A stretch of 64,000 bases of DNA from an uncultured Muribaculaceae bacterium (GCA_910579995.1 CAJTWH010000007.1:11050-75049); one strand, 5' to 3'. Numbered from the stretch's first letter, positions 1 through 9,747 are shown. Translations and numbers: made by a program. The notes: a model not told the origin generated them from the letters alone.

Positions 1-189
1 ACAACTCCGATAACCATATTTATTCTCCTGCTGATTTTCGGCATGAGCATAGGCTCAAATGAGTCGATACTGTCTAACCTCCATAAAGATGGGGTCAAGG
101 CGGCTACGATAGCTGTCCTTGGCGTCGTCGGCAGTGTCGTCGCTTCGTTGTGCTTCAGACTTATCAATAAGAAAGGAGGTGCGCGATGA
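1..189 (+). CDS. Partial LysO/DUF340-family small membrane subunit (5' end outside window)
   Basis: Frame 1 reads TTPITIFILLLIFGMSIGSNESILSNLHKDGVKAATIAVLGVVGSVVASLCFRLINKKGGAR*; its stop overlaps the next ATG (ATGA at 186-189), as in split Bacteroidales LysO pairs. Confidence 0.7.
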   Translation, partial: TTPITIFILLLIFGMSIGSNESILSNLHKDGVKAATIAVLGVVGSVVASLCFRLINKKGGAR

Positions 190-815
190 GCCATATCATC
201 TATCCATTGATGGTGCTTGTAGGGGTATTGGCCGGATGGTGCGGGCTCATGCCGGATTTTGTAGCCGAATATTCAATCCCTCAGTATCTGCTCTATATCC
301 TTATCATACAGGTAGGGCTCGGCCTTGGCATGCGCCCTGATCTGAAGTCGATAATAAAGAGTTTCAACCCGCGTCTTTTCATGCTGCCTCTGTTTACCAT
401 CATCGGCACTCTGGCGTTTACATATATAGCCACGCTCATATTCCGCGAGGATTCATCTTCGGATCTGATGGCGATAGGCAGCGGCTTCGGCTACTATACA
501 TTGTCGTCGGTGCTTATCGGGCAGTTCAAAGAGGCTTCTGTCGGAGCCGACGCTGCCGCGTCTATCGCAGCTATAGCCTTGATGGCGAATGTGGTAAGAG
601 AACTCTTTGCACTGGTATCATGCCGTTTCCTCTCGGCACGCGGGCATGGAGAGGCGGCAATCTCAGTAGCCGGTATCAACTCGATGGACGTATGCCTGCC
701 GATGATTGTAGGCTCGGAGAAGTCATCGAATGTGAGGCTTGTCTCGGCCGCACTCTTCCATGGCATAATACTTGAGGTGAGTGTGCCGATTCTTATATCT
801 ATTTTCTGCCGATAG
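186..815 (+). CDS. Lysine exporter LysO (DUF340) family membrane protein
   Basis: Hydrophobic 209 aa protein with GSGFGYYTLSS, ANVVRE and SMDVCLP motifs. Confidence 0.8.
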   Translation: MSHIIYPLMVLVGVLAGWCGLMPDFVAEYSIPQYLLYILIIQVGLGLGMRPDLKSIIKSFNPRLFMLPLFTIIGTLAFTYIATLIFREDSSSDLMAIGSGFGYYTLSSVLIGQFKEASVGADAAASIAAIALMANVVRELFALVSCRFLSARGHGEAAISVAGINSMDVCLPMIVGSEKSSNVRLVSAALFHGIILEVSVPILISIFCR

Positions 816-821
816 CTGAGC

Positions 822-1493
822 CTACCACTCGTAGCTGACCGATATGCCGATATTATTGAGGGTGAGTGAGTTGGAATAATAATAGTAATTGTTGTTGGAT
901 GTCAGCAACTGATATGTCACGCCGACATTGAAGGCTTGGTTAGGCTTCTGCGCCGACACCGGTATCCTCATGCCTATCGTGGGGCGGAAATAGAATTGTG
1001 TACTGTTGCTCATGAAACCATCGGCCATGCGCAGATAGTCGCTGCCGATGAGCCATGCAGCGCCGACTTTCAAGTCGATGAAGAACGATGATGTCGCCGG
1101 GCCGAAAGTAAAGCGGAAGTCGGAGAACAGGGGTATCATCACCTTGGTCTTGGTATTGCCGCGGTACATATAATCATAGTCGGGTGTCGGGTGCCAATTC
1201 CCCGGCTGCTGGGCCATCACTGCGTCCACGCCGGCACCTACACCCATGAAGAACCACGATGAATATTGGAATCCCTGAGTTGTGGATATGTCGATGATGT
1301 TGGCGCGGTTATGGCCAAGACCAGGCATGCCCGTAAGCTCCACAAAGCCCTTGTAGTTGAGAGAGCCTGAAAGAGCCGGAGAAAGCAGTTGCGGAATCTG
1401 GTTGGCGATCTGGTAATATTGAGCAGATACAGCTGCAGGCAGCATGGCGAACAGCGTGAGAAGAATAAGGTTGAAACGTTTCATAATAATCAT
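822..1493 (-). CDS. Exported outer-membrane beta-barrel-like protein
   Basis: Signal peptide; YKGFVE...STTQGFQYSSWFFMGVGAG...IPLFSDFRF pattern; C-terminal ISVSYEW. Confidence 0.65.
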   Translation of the reverse strand: MIIMKRFNLILLTLFAMLPAAVSAQYYQIANQIPQLLSPALSGSLNYKGFVELTGMPGLGHNRANIIDISTTQGFQYSSWFFMGVGAGVDAVMAQQPGNWHPTPDYDYMYRGNTKTKVMIPLFSDFRFTFGPATSSFFIDLKVGAAWLIGSDYLRMADGFMSNSTQFYFRPTIGMRIPVSAQKPNQAFNVGVTYQLLTSNNNYYYYSNSLTLNNIGISVSYEW

Positions 1494-1535
1494 ATTTTTC
1501 AGTCTGCTGCGATGTAGACAGCGTTGATATGAATA

Positions 1536-2042
1536 TTAAACGTCTGCACCGGCTGCCTTGTTCAAAATGAGCTGATAAAGTTCATCATCAAGGAATTGAC
1601 CGAATTTATATCCTGCCTGCTTCAAAGTACCCGCCAGGCGGAAACCCGCTTTGAGGTGCATGCGGCTGCAAGCCTCGTTGCCGCCGGTCACACATGATAT
1701 CAGCGTGTGCGCTCCCTGCCGGCGCGCCTCATCGATGATGGAGTGGAGCAGAGCCGAGCCGGTGCCGCGGCCGGTGTGTCCGTGGCGCAGATAGATGGTG
1801 ATTTCCCATGTGGCGCTGTATACAGGGTCGGGCATATAGGCATGAGCAAAGCAATATCCCGTAAGCAAGCCGTCGTCCTCACTGACAAAGAACGGATAAT
1901 TCCCCACCACAGGAGCCAAGAGCCCGCGCATATCATCGGCCGAGCGCAGGCGGTTGGAGAAAATGGCAGTGCTGTTGGCAATGTAATAATTGAAGATATC
2001 GGCCATCTGCGCCGCGTCGTCAAAAGTACCTTTTCGTATCAT
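1536..2042 (-). CDS. GNAT N-acetyltransferase (phosphinothricin/YncA-like)
   Basis: IFNYYIANSTA, GHTGRGTGSALL, NEACSRMHLKAGF, GYKFGQFLD motifs. Confidence 0.85.
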   Translation of the reverse strand: MIRKGTFDDAAQMADIFNYYIANSTAIFSNRLRSADDMRGLLAPVVGNYPFFVSEDDGLLTGYCFAHAYMPDPVYSATWEITIYLRHGHTGRGTGSALLHSIIDEARRQGAHTLISCVTGGNEACSRMHLKAGFRLAGTLKQAGYKFGQFLDDELYQLILNKAAGADV

Positions 2043-2058
2043 GATAAACCCATTTAAT

Positions 2059-2085
2059 AAAAAAGCCGCTCACGGAGGAGCGGCT
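2059..2085 (-). terminator. Intrinsic terminator after rpmH
   Basis: Minus strand AGCCGCTC-loop-GAGCGGCT followed by T-tract. Confidence 0.75.
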
Positions 2086-2104
2086 GTATAAGGTGGCGAT
2101 AACC

Positions 2105-2260
2105 TTACTTGCTTGCGATGTGATCGGAAACAGTAAGAGAGTAGCGACCTTTAGCGCGACGGCGAGCCAGCACCTTGCGGCCATTGGCGGTTGCCATTCT
2201 TTCACGGAAGCCGTGTTTGTTAACGCGCTTACGGTTAGAGGGTTGGAATGTTCTTTTCAT
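2105..2260 (-). CDS. rpmH: 50S ribosomal protein L34 (below ORF-track cutoff)
   Basis: Manual translation [51 protein letters not shown]. Confidence 0.97.
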   Translation of the reverse strand: MKRTFQPSNRKRVNKHGFRERMATANGRKVLARRRAKGRYSLTVSDHIASK

Positions 2261-2303
2261 TGCCTTATTGTGATTTTTCTATTGTTTGCGTAGTTTCGGA
2301 GTG

Positions 2304-2335
2304 CAAATTTAGGCATTTTTATCCATAATACCAAA
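2304..2335 (-). promoter_or_regulatory. Bacteroidetes primary-sigma promoter for rpmH
   Basis: TTTG-N20-TAAATTTG on minus strand. Confidence 0.7.
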
Positions 2336-2396
2336 TTTCCACAAGAATAATTTGCAAATGTAGTGCCGGCGGGCCGGTAACTGAATTGTAGAGAGC

Positions 2397-3047
2397 CTAA
2401 ATCCGGTCATTTGACAATACCCTCCGTGCATAGAAGGGATTATATACAATCGAAAATAAGCACAGTAGGAGAGTATATTTAAATTCTTTATGGATGATAC
2501 TGATTGCAATGTTGATATATGATAAGATAAAGGCCACGACAAGAAGAGGCGCTATTATCCGGATGTTGATGATAGTTCCGGCATTACATATTCCGCAGAC
2601 ATCTGCCACGCAACCTGCGGCGATGTATACCCAAAAGAGAATGTTCAGCCACACCGCTATTTTATACATCCTACGCTTTAAGCACTTCTTTTGTGTGGTA
2701 TTGTCAGCAGATTTTGTCGCGGATTTGGCACGGCGCGGCGATGTCTTGTAGTAGAGATAAAACGACACAAACGGATTTGTGAAAATCATGCCGCAGCAGA
2801 TAGCTACGAGCTCCTTGCTTAGATTCCGGCTGCCGCAATACTTGATATTATAGACGAGTAAAACCATAGCTGCTCCCATCATCACGAATTGCGAGAGCCG
2901 ATGGAAAGTCGATAACGAACCGGCACTAAACACATCTGTGCAGATTATCAATACAAGGTCTACAAGCAATGCGATATTGCAAATCGCCAGTGCCAGATAT
3001 AAACGTCTGTTTTTATGTAACATGATGATTCTATGCTTTAATCGCAA
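2397..3047 (-). CDS. Hypothetical multi-pass membrane protein; paralog of 45792..46451
   Basis: About 6 TM segments; shared motifs (ICNIALLVD/VCNILALAD, IIAPLLVVA/ILAPLIVVA, NPFYARRV/LPFYSRKV). Confidence 0.6.
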   Translation of the reverse strand: MRLKHRIIMLHKNRRLYLALAICNIALLVDLVLIICTDVFSAGSLSTFHRLSQFVMMGAAMVLLVYNIKYCGSRNLSKELVAICCGMIFTNPFVSFYLYYKTSPRRAKSATKSADNTTQKKCLKRRMYKIAVWLNILFWVYIAAGCVADVCGICNAGTIINIRIIAPLLVVAFILSYINIAISIIHKEFKYTLLLCLFSIVYNPFYARRVLSNDRI

Positions 3048-3056
3048 TGCCCTTTG

Positions 3057-3563
3057 TCAGAAACGGATTGTATGTGAATTTTCTTTGTCTGTTAGAATTA
3101 TATTCTCGCCAATATATGGACTCTGCTTATAGCCATTAGAAAATTCAATCAGACGCTTTTCTGTATCTATTGTTACAAAAGGCAACGCGTCGTAAGAATT
3201 AAAAGGTCTGTCGTCTGGATATTTATAAATAGATGATAGAATATAAGCTTTTTTTTCGGTGATGTCTAAAATACCACAGAACAGCATTTCAGGAGATAAA
3301 TCATTTTTATTAATGATAAATGTATCCACGTCAATTTCTGTCAGATATATATAACGACCCGGACTACCGAACGATTCGACCATTCTTACAGAAACGACTT
3401 TGCCTTTTACCATGTAAGATACATGACTATAATAATTCTCAAAAATGCTTTTCAAAGATTGGTTTTCTTTAATTTGATGAGAACAAGCAATGCCCCATAA
3501 CAAAAAACCAATGATATTGAATAGAATCAAAATAACGATTAAAGTGCTAGTCTTGATTTTCAT
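3057..3563 (-). CDS. Membrane-anchored hypothetical protein; paralog of 4423..4911; candidate orphan immunity
   Basis: N-terminal TM; shared VDTFIIN, KAYxxSSxY and C-terminal KENSHTIRF/KESTHTIRF. Confidence 0.6.
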   Translation of the reverse strand: MKIKTSTLIVILILFNIIGFLLWGIACSHQIKENQSLKSIFENYYSHVSYMVKGKVVSVRMVESFGSPGRYIYLTEIDVDTFIINKNDLSPEMLFCGILDITEKKAYILSSIYKYPDDRPFNSYDALPFVTIDTEKRLIEFSNGYKQSPYIGENIILTDKENSHTIRF

Positions 3564-3620
3564 TCAAATGAAGGTGTTGCGTTAAGGTCACACGTATATT
3601 TGTAGCCACGGCAGAGGCCG

Positions 3621-4235
3621 TCAAAAATTAGTGTAAAAAATCCTTTCAAGTATCCACTTGTTATCGTTCTTGATAAAAGTGAGTGAGAACGAAAACCCAC
3701 TTCCGGATAGGAAGACATCTTCGGTTACTTCCGTTTCGCTTTTGTGCGAAATGGTTGTTTCGTATTCTGACGAATCAACCATATAGTCTACCCATTCCAA
3801 GGCAGATACTAATGCGGAGTCTATCCATGTATATTCTGCTATGTCATTTAGATTCTCGTAATATGTATAAATACTATCCATAAATTCAGTAGTGATGGTA
3901 TCCGTTGAATCAATTCTGATAATTACTTGCCCATTATATTCAATTGTCTTCTGTCCGGTTTCTTCATCAAAGCTTTCGCTTATGCCGGGAGCTATTCCGG
4001 AGTTATATATAGGATCTTCATCTGAATTATAGCCGGTAATGACTTTGGCTAAACGAGAACTTTGGAAAACACTGTCGTGATGAAAGCGCACGATGAAATC
4101 CTCAAAAGCTTCATCTTGAGGAATAGAAGCCACTTCAACTGTTTCCATAGAATCAGCCTCAATATGCTTTGCAGGCTTTGAGCAACTTGCACAAGTGACG
4201 ATAAATGCTATTGCAAAAATTAATAAATATCTCAT
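3621..4235 (-). CDS. Lipoprotein, DUF4348-like
   Basis: Lipobox-like TCASC; EAFEDFIVRFHHDSVFQSSR and FIKNDNKWILERI resemble DUF4348; own -7 box TAACTTTG at 4320-4327. Confidence 0.6.
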   Translation of the reverse strand: MRYLLIFAIAFIVTCASCSKPAKHIEADSMETVEVASIPQDEAFEDFIVRFHHDSVFQSSRLAKVITGYNSDEDPIYNSGIAPGISESFDEETGQKTIEYNGQVIIRIDSTDTITTEFMDSIYTYYENLNDIAEYTWIDSALVSALEWVDYMVDSSEYETTISHKSETEVTEDVFLSGSGFSFSLTFIKNDNKWILERIFYTNF

Positions 4236-4422
4236 CGGATTAGTATAAAGGAAGATTTTTTATTCTCTGTAGCCCTTTGGTTTATGGTATATAGAAATAC
4301 TTTCAATAGGTTTCAATCACAAAGTTATCGCAATTAGGATAATTTATAACACTTACCGGCAATAAAATTTCTGAAACCAAAGAAAAATCTTGAATTCCCA
4401 GCGGATTGGTGTATATAATACC

Positions 4423-4911
4423 TTAGAAACGAATAGTATGTGTACTTTCTTTTTCATGAAACACTTCATCCCAATCACCCATCATCAATCCGGCAGTCTC
4501 TCCTGTTGAAAAAGTTATCAGTTTATTCTCTGTCGAAATTTGAATAGAAGGCAACATTCCATTATCTTCGTAGGTATACAAAGAAGAGACCACATAGGCG
4601 GTTTTTGTAGAATCGTTGTATATACCAATATATGGGTTTTCAGATTTACGCTCGTATCGATTGATTATAAATGTATCAACATTGATAGAGAGAAGATAAA
4701 TATCTCTATATTTTGAGCCAAGATCGTAAACCAATTCTTTATTTGTTATCTGACCTTCAAGTATATATTCTTCAAGTGAGTAATACGTTTCTTGTGTAGC
4801 TCTTATTGTTTTGTTCGTTGCGCGTTGATCAAATACGCAATAAGTGAACATCAATATCTGACCCAAGCCAAAGATAATAGCGCATACTATCAGGTGAGTT
4901 TTATTTTTCAT
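4423..4911 (-). CDS. Membrane-anchored hypothetical protein; paralog of 3057..3563
   Basis: N-terminal TM; shared motifs with 3057..3563. Confidence 0.6.
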   Translation of the reverse strand: MKNKTHLIVCAIIFGLGQILMFTYCVFDQRATNKTIRATQETYYSLEEYILEGQITNKELVYDLGSKYRDIYLLSINVDTFIINRYERKSENPYIGIYNDSTKTAYVVSSLYTYEDNGMLPSIQISTENKLITFSTGETAGLMMGDWDEVFHEKESTHTIRF

Positions 4912-4958
4912 AATTTGACTATGGATTTAGAAAATCAATTTACTTGACGTCACCTCCT

Positions 4959-5459
4959 TTATTTGCGCACTGTTTGTCTCAATAGTGTAAATGACGGGTC
5001 AATTTTGTAGTCACTATCGATTACGACCGGTTTACCCTCTATAACATCCAATGTCTTTATATTGATTATTCCATCATGGATATGAAATGCTGTATATGTT
5101 TTCCCATCTATTATATCTTCAATCAATAATGTCTTGGGATATCTGCAATCAGGTGAAAAATGACAAATGAATATCTTCCGAGTGTTAATAAAACACCCCG
5201 CTCCATATATCATATATTCATTGCCTAAGTAGGAAAAATAGCCGGGGCTTGAATATACTATTACTTGGTCTTGGCAAGTTTCTACTAAATTGCTCACTTG
5301 AAGTAAGTTGTTTTCCACATAAGACCGGTCAAGATATTCTGCAGGCAAAGAAAGATACTCAAAGCAATTTTTAGGCCAAACCGTAGAAGCCTGAGCAAAA
5401 ACAACCTCTGCACACAAGCAACTTACGATTGCCATTACAAATCTTATTATTTTATGCAT
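4959..5459 (-). CDS. Exported protein, candidate immunity; paralog of 5464..6054
   Basis: Signal peptide ending VFA-Q; SYVENNLLQVSNLVET vs EYVEQNLLQITNEVET; RYPK shared. Confidence 0.6.
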   Translation of the reverse strand: MHKIIRFVMAIVSCLCAEVVFAQASTVWPKNCFEYLSLPAEYLDRSYVENNLLQVSNLVETCQDQVIVYSSPGYFSYLGNEYMIYGAGCFINTRKIFICHFSPDCRYPKTLLIEDIIDGKTYTAFHIHDGIINIKTLDVIEGKPVVIDSDYKIDPSFTLLRQTVRK

Positions 5460-5463
5460 ACTC

Positions 5464-6054
5464 TCAAGGTTTTATAATTTCCGGAATAATTTCTAATTCT
5501 TCAAAAACTTTACTCGGTCGTTGGATTAAATCAGGGTCTCTTTCTAATAGTTTGAAATTATCTGTCAAATCATATATCTCAGTCATTTTTTTAACCTCGC
5601 CGTTCTCGAGTGTCACTCGTTTGTATATATGAAGATTTTGACCGAATATATTAAAGGTCCATTGCTCTACATCGTCTAATAAATAATATATCATCACCAT
5701 TTTAGGATACCTTAGGTCTCCTTCCAAAAGGGCCAGATATACCCGCTTAGACCTAAAATCCGACGCTTCGAACAGCAGATAGGTTTTATCTTCATAAAAT
5801 ATTCTTCCAGCGGTGGTGTATGATGTCTTCAGGTATTGAGAAGTCTCCACCTCGTTTGTAATTTGCAATAAATTCTGTTCGACGTATTCTTGCGTCAATG
5901 AGTCTTTTTGAAGCGCAAAATAAATATACTTGCCTGCCGGAAATTCCACATCGATATTTCCAATATCAAAAATGCCTCCCCTCGCTCCGGTGATTGATAT
6001 AATCAAGAGGGTAACTGTAGTTAAAATTCTCTTTAAATTTGACTTTATTCTCAT
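5464..6054 (-). CDS. Exported protein, candidate cognate immunity for the 6051..7314 toxin
   Basis: Signal peptide; ATGA overlap with stop of toxin fragment 6051..6368. Confidence 0.6.
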   Translation of the reverse strand: MRIKSNLKRILTTVTLLIISITGARGGIFDIGNIDVEFPAGKYIYFALQKDSLTQEYVEQNLLQITNEVETSQYLKTSYTTAGRIFYEDKTYLLFEASDFRSKRVYLALLEGDLRYPKMVMIYYLLDDVEQWTFNIFGQNLHIYKRVTLENGEVKKMTEIYDLTDNFKLLERDPDLIQRPSKVFEELEIIPEIIKP

Positions 6055-7314
6055 TTGTTTCTTCTGATTTCAGATAATAAATAACGTAAGCGATTACCTA
6101 CGCACGGATTGGTTTCATCGAAAATAATTTTTCTTACAATACCATTTATTATTGTAGAGCCAAAATAGAATCTGTTGTCCAATAAATTTTTTCCTTTATC
6201 GTTTGCATTGTCATAATACGAAAAATAATTTTTCAGACCGCCATTGGTCGACTCAAATCCCATGCCTACTATGTTGATGAAATGGTTTGTACTTTTATTA
6301 TGATTTGTGGATTTATCTTTGTAAGCTACTCCTGCTATCACAGAATTACCTTTGAGTAATTCGCCCATGATATATTATGCCTTCTTGAGTGTTGTAAACG
6401 TTGGCAGCTTCGTTGTAAGTGTCAATACGGTTAAACGGCCCTGTTGTTTCTCTGTTGTTTTGCATGGTTGCGCATGTGAAACAATTTCCTACATTTTTAT
6501 ACAGAATAAGATCTTGCCCTTCCAAAACATTTTCTACAGTAGGATACAAGTCGGTTCTGTTTACTCCTGTTTCTAAAGCATTAGAAAACTCTGTAGTTTT
6601 TGAATCGAAATCCTGTGCTTTCAATATTGAAAAAGTGGAATTTGACACCATAAGCACTTGATTACGACCGTCATTGACATACACATGCTCAAGAGTTGTT
6701 TCGTCCAATAAATCAGTCAATCCACTGCCATCTGTGCGATTTATCGGATTCATGTGGCAGAATGAGTAAGAGTTTACGGAGTAATCTAAAATTTTAAGAG
6801 GGTCAGGAGAGAGCCATCTTGCTGCTGCCGGGTCGTAGAATCTTGCTCCGTAGTCAAAAATGTTGAGGGACTGGTCGGTGAGGAGTTCTTTGGCGGTGTA
6901 TTTGTAGGGGTTGGTTTGGGGAGAGGTCGATTCGGCCATGGGGAGGCCGTAGGGGTAGTAGTAGGTGGTTTGGTCGAAGACTATCGTGCCTCCGTCGCGG
7001 CTCACCACGGCGCGGACGTTGCCCTGCCAGTCGCGCACGTAGACGTGTGTGCCAAGCGAGTCGCGGTAGCCGGTGGAGGTGCTTATGCGCGTCAGTTGCT
7101 CATCGGTGTATTCGTAGTGGCCGTATTTGTGGTAGTGGTAGATAATGGGAGTGAATGTCGGTCTGTCCCAAATTCCACCGCCCCATATTGAGGCGCGCAG
7201 TGGTGTCGGTTTGAATGGCTCAGGGCTGATTTCGGCCTTTATCGCATTGGGGCTGTAAGTTCGGCAAAGCAGGCGTCCTGTGGGGGTGCCGGTGAAGTCC
7301 TCGTTTTGATTCAT
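6051..7314 (-). pseudogene. Rhs-core cassette with papain/C39-like C-terminal tip, split by a frameshift near 6365-6380
   Basis: ORF 6346..7314 has the Rhs core (DWQGNVR, YYPYG, PYKYTAKE, YGARFYDP..RWLSPDP, NPINRTDGSGL); overlapping ORF 6051..6368 continues with HFINIVG...YYDN. Confidence 0.65.
6829..7300 (-). repeat. Rhs core repeat copy 1
   Basis: Near-identical to copies 2 and 3 over ~6860-7146; looser match again at ~7213-7300. Confidence 0.85.
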
Positions 7315-7772
7315 CTATCCTCATGCGTCATTTTTGGCTTCTTTCCTTCGATACGGTAGAAAGAATCCAGATCCACCATGAAAAGCGAGTCACTCACCAA
7401 CTTGAAATCTGCACCGATAGGCTCTTGATTCTGTAGGCTGTCAACGACATACTCTCCATCTGAAAAGTACCATGCGTCTATAAGAATGAAGGGATCTCTA
7501 TCCACTCTTTTGATACTATATCTCTCAACGTATTGCGGCTGAAATATTATGCTGTCACCGCAGATCTCATAAGTGCCTCTCAAACTGAAGATAGGATTGA
7601 ACGACTCATATTCGCTTGCGCAAAAAGCGAATTGATTACCTTTAAAGCTGTAACCACTTAGATAGGCAGCTGATACATCCTGCGTTTTGGCCTGCCAGAA
7701 GCCGTCAAGGCATACACCCATGCATGCAAACGGCACAAGCAACAGTCCTTTCAATAGATTTTTCACTCGCAT
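7311..7772 (-). CDS. Exported candidate immunity protein, duplicated at 9890..10351
   Basis: 153 aa; differs from the second copy at only a handful of C-terminal residues. Confidence 0.75.
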   Translation of the reverse strand: MRVKNLLKGLLLVPFACMGVCLDGFWQAKTQDVSAAYLSGYSFKGNQFAFCASEYESFNPIFSLRGTYEICGDSIIFQPQYVERYSIKRVDRDPFILIDAWYFSDGEYVVDSLQNQEPIGADFKLVSDSLFMVDLDSFYRIEGKKPKMTHEDR

Positions 7773-7869
7773 AATTTTAAGATTTAATCGTTACTGCTTT
7801 CTTGTTTGTTCTCATTTTTTTATGATGTTGAGCAAGCTGTGAAAAATTGCTCAATTTACATTGTTTAAG
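7317..7869. repeat. ~550 bp direct repeat copy A (immunity gene plus upstream spacer)
   Basis: Near-identical to 9896..10448. Confidence 0.9.
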
Positions 7870-7874
7870 AGCTT

Positions 7875-8456
7875 TTAATCATAATGCTTTTTACTTATCA
7901 CATTACCGTTATTATCGTAGAACAGCCATTCACCCACACAATTGCTATTGTCATCTAATAAATTTATTGTTGAAATACTCCATCCTTCACATTCCAACGT
8001 TCCGTCTTGCCGGTATTCTTTACCGTATGATTGATAGATTTCCAAGGAATCAGGATAGTATTTTCTCTGTTCTTTCAAAAAATCTTTATTGATTGAAATA
8101 TTATTTATAGTGCCGGCGACAACACCATTTTCATAGAACATAAACCAGTCTCCGGTAGGTTTGTCATTTTTGTAGTTGCCTAACAATGACATATAATATT
8201 CTTGATTTCCGGAGTAAGTAATGAACGGGCCATCTAACAATCCATTTTTATAATATAGTATTGTGACAAGAGACAGAGATCCCTCATATCGGTCTATCCA
8301 TATACCATCTTTTTCCCCTGAAGAATTATATCCATTATACTTCATAGCATTCAAGCATAGGGGGTGGAGAGGTAATACATCGTCTCCGATAGCAAAATTC
8401 AGAGCATTGACGGAGATTGTTATCAGCATGCAGATTGTGAGAATAATCCGGTACAT
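7875..8456 (-). CDS. Exported MORN-variant/YwqK-like repeat protein; candidate immunity for 8462..9613
   Basis: Signal peptide; repeats KDGIWIDRY, YKNGLLDGPFITY, YKNDKPTGDWFMFYENG, VGEWLFYDNNG; 5 bp downstream of toxin stop. Confidence 0.7.
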   Translation of the reverse strand: MYRIILTICMLITISVNALNFAIGDDVLPLHPLCLNAMKYNGYNSSGEKDGIWIDRYEGSLSLVTILYYKNGLLDGPFITYSGNQEYYMSLLGNYKNDKPTGDWFMFYENGVVAGTINNISINKDFLKEQRKYYPDSLEIYQSYGKEYRQDGTLECEGWSISTINLLDDNSNCVGEWLFYDNNGNVISKKHYD

Positions 8457-8461
8457 TTTAA

Positions 8462-9613
8462 TTAGAATTTACAGATAAGGCCTCTGAAATTTATTGTAAT
8501 GGGTCTTTTAATAAAATTATTTCGATTAGTAGGTTTAGCTAAGCTTCTTGATAATATTATGCTTACTGGAGAACTTCCTTTTTTATCAAAATTTGATATA
8601 AATGAATTCCATTGGTTGACATCGATAAGCATACATCCTGCGGATATTGGTTCAATTTTATTTGTCTCTTTATTAAAAAACATTCCTGTTTTATTATTTA
8701 TTCCAGCTTTATGTATGTTTACTCCTCCGGCTTTTGTAGTATTTTCATTGGATGGATTAGGCTTACCTAATTCAATATAGTTATTATAAAAATTAGAAGT
8801 ACCAACATCTCCCATTCTTAAAGCCATATATTTATCCCTATGTTTTCCTAACCCTGCCTCATAAATACCTTCAGGTATTGTGGCACAATTAGAAGCATCT
8901 GATGGATTTGTGCATGCGTTAAATTCTTCTGTTGTACCATCAGCTTTATATACGGTCGCGGTTGAAGTGCCTATATTAAAATTATCGCTTGAGTCAAATG
9001 TCCCATTGATTCCTTCGTTTGAAAAGAAGATTGCTTGCTCATACAGTCCGGGTAGAAGATTTCCATCTTTATCGTATGATTGGTTCGAATCAACCCATTC
9101 GTAACCTGTAAAACGTTCTGCTTCATAATCATACGTAGGACGCCACGCCAAGCCTGTTTGATCGATAAAGTTTATCGGGTCACCTGCGCAGAAGAGATAG
9201 TGGGAATCTTGGGGATAGTCATGAGACAATGGGTCAGCTGATAGCCACCTTGCCATGGCGGGGTCGTAGAAGCGGGCGCCGTGGTCGGCGAGGTTGAGGG
9301 ATTGGTCGGAGAGGAGTTCTTTGGCGGTGTATTTGTAGGGGTTGGTTTGGGGCGAGGTCGATTCGGCCATGGGGAGGCCGTAGGGGTAGTAGTAGGTGGT
9401 TTGGTCGAAGACTATCGTGCCTCCGTCGCGGCTCACCACGGCGCGGACGTTGCCCTGCCAGTCGCGCACGTAGACGTGCGTGCCAAGCGAGTCGCGGTAG
9501 CCGGTGGAGGTGTTTATACGCGTCAGTTGCTCATCGGTGTATTCGTAGTGACCGTATTTGTGGTAGTGGTAGATAATCGGTAAGGATGGAGTTGGCCTGC
9601 CGCCGCCAATCAC
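8462..9613 (-). CDS. Rhs-core cassette with L,D-transpeptidase/Tlde1-like tip (frame open upstream to ~9796 without a start codon)
   Basis: Rhs core ending DPINFIDQTGL; tip has TIPEGIY, GVNIHKAG and ISAGCMLI. Confidence 0.75.
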   Translation of the reverse strand: MIGGGRPTPSLPIIYHYHKYGHYEYTDEQLTRINTSTGYRDSLGTHVYVRDWQGNVRAVVSRDGGTIVFDQTTYYYPYGLPMAESTSPQTNPYKYTAKELLSDQSLNLADHGARFYDPAMARWLSADPLSHDYPQDSHYLFCAGDPINFIDQTGLAWRPTYDYEAERFTGYEWVDSNQSYDKDGNLLPGLYEQAIFFSNEGINGTFDSSDNFNIGTSTATVYKADGTTEEFNACTNPSDASNCATIPEGIYEAGLGKHRDKYMALRMGDVGTSNFYNNYIELGKPNPSNENTTKAGGVNIHKAGINNKTGMFFNKETNKIEPISAGCMLIDVNQWNSFISNFDKKGSSPVSIILSRSLAKPTNRNNFIKRPITINFRGLICKF

Positions 9614-9747
9614 ACCGCCCCACGACGCGGCGCGGAAGACTGGAGGTATAAATGGCTCGGGGCTGACCTCAACCCGCCTTGCATTGGGGCTGTAAGTCCG
9701 GCAGAGCAGGCGTCCGGAGTCTGTGCGGGAGAAGTCCTGAGTGCCGA
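9245..9747 (-). repeat. Rhs core repeat copy 2
   Basis: Near-identical to 11829..12331 and to 6860-7146. Confidence 0.9.

Noticed and set aside
2020..2293. ORFs 2020..2205 and 2093..2293
   Set aside because: Alternative frames over rpmH
2312..2400. Searched for a duplicated tRNA-Pro 3' end (att site) at the far edge of the toxin island
   Set aside because: No match to CTAGTCACCCCGA seen and no integrase present, so site-specific integration at the tRNA is unsupported
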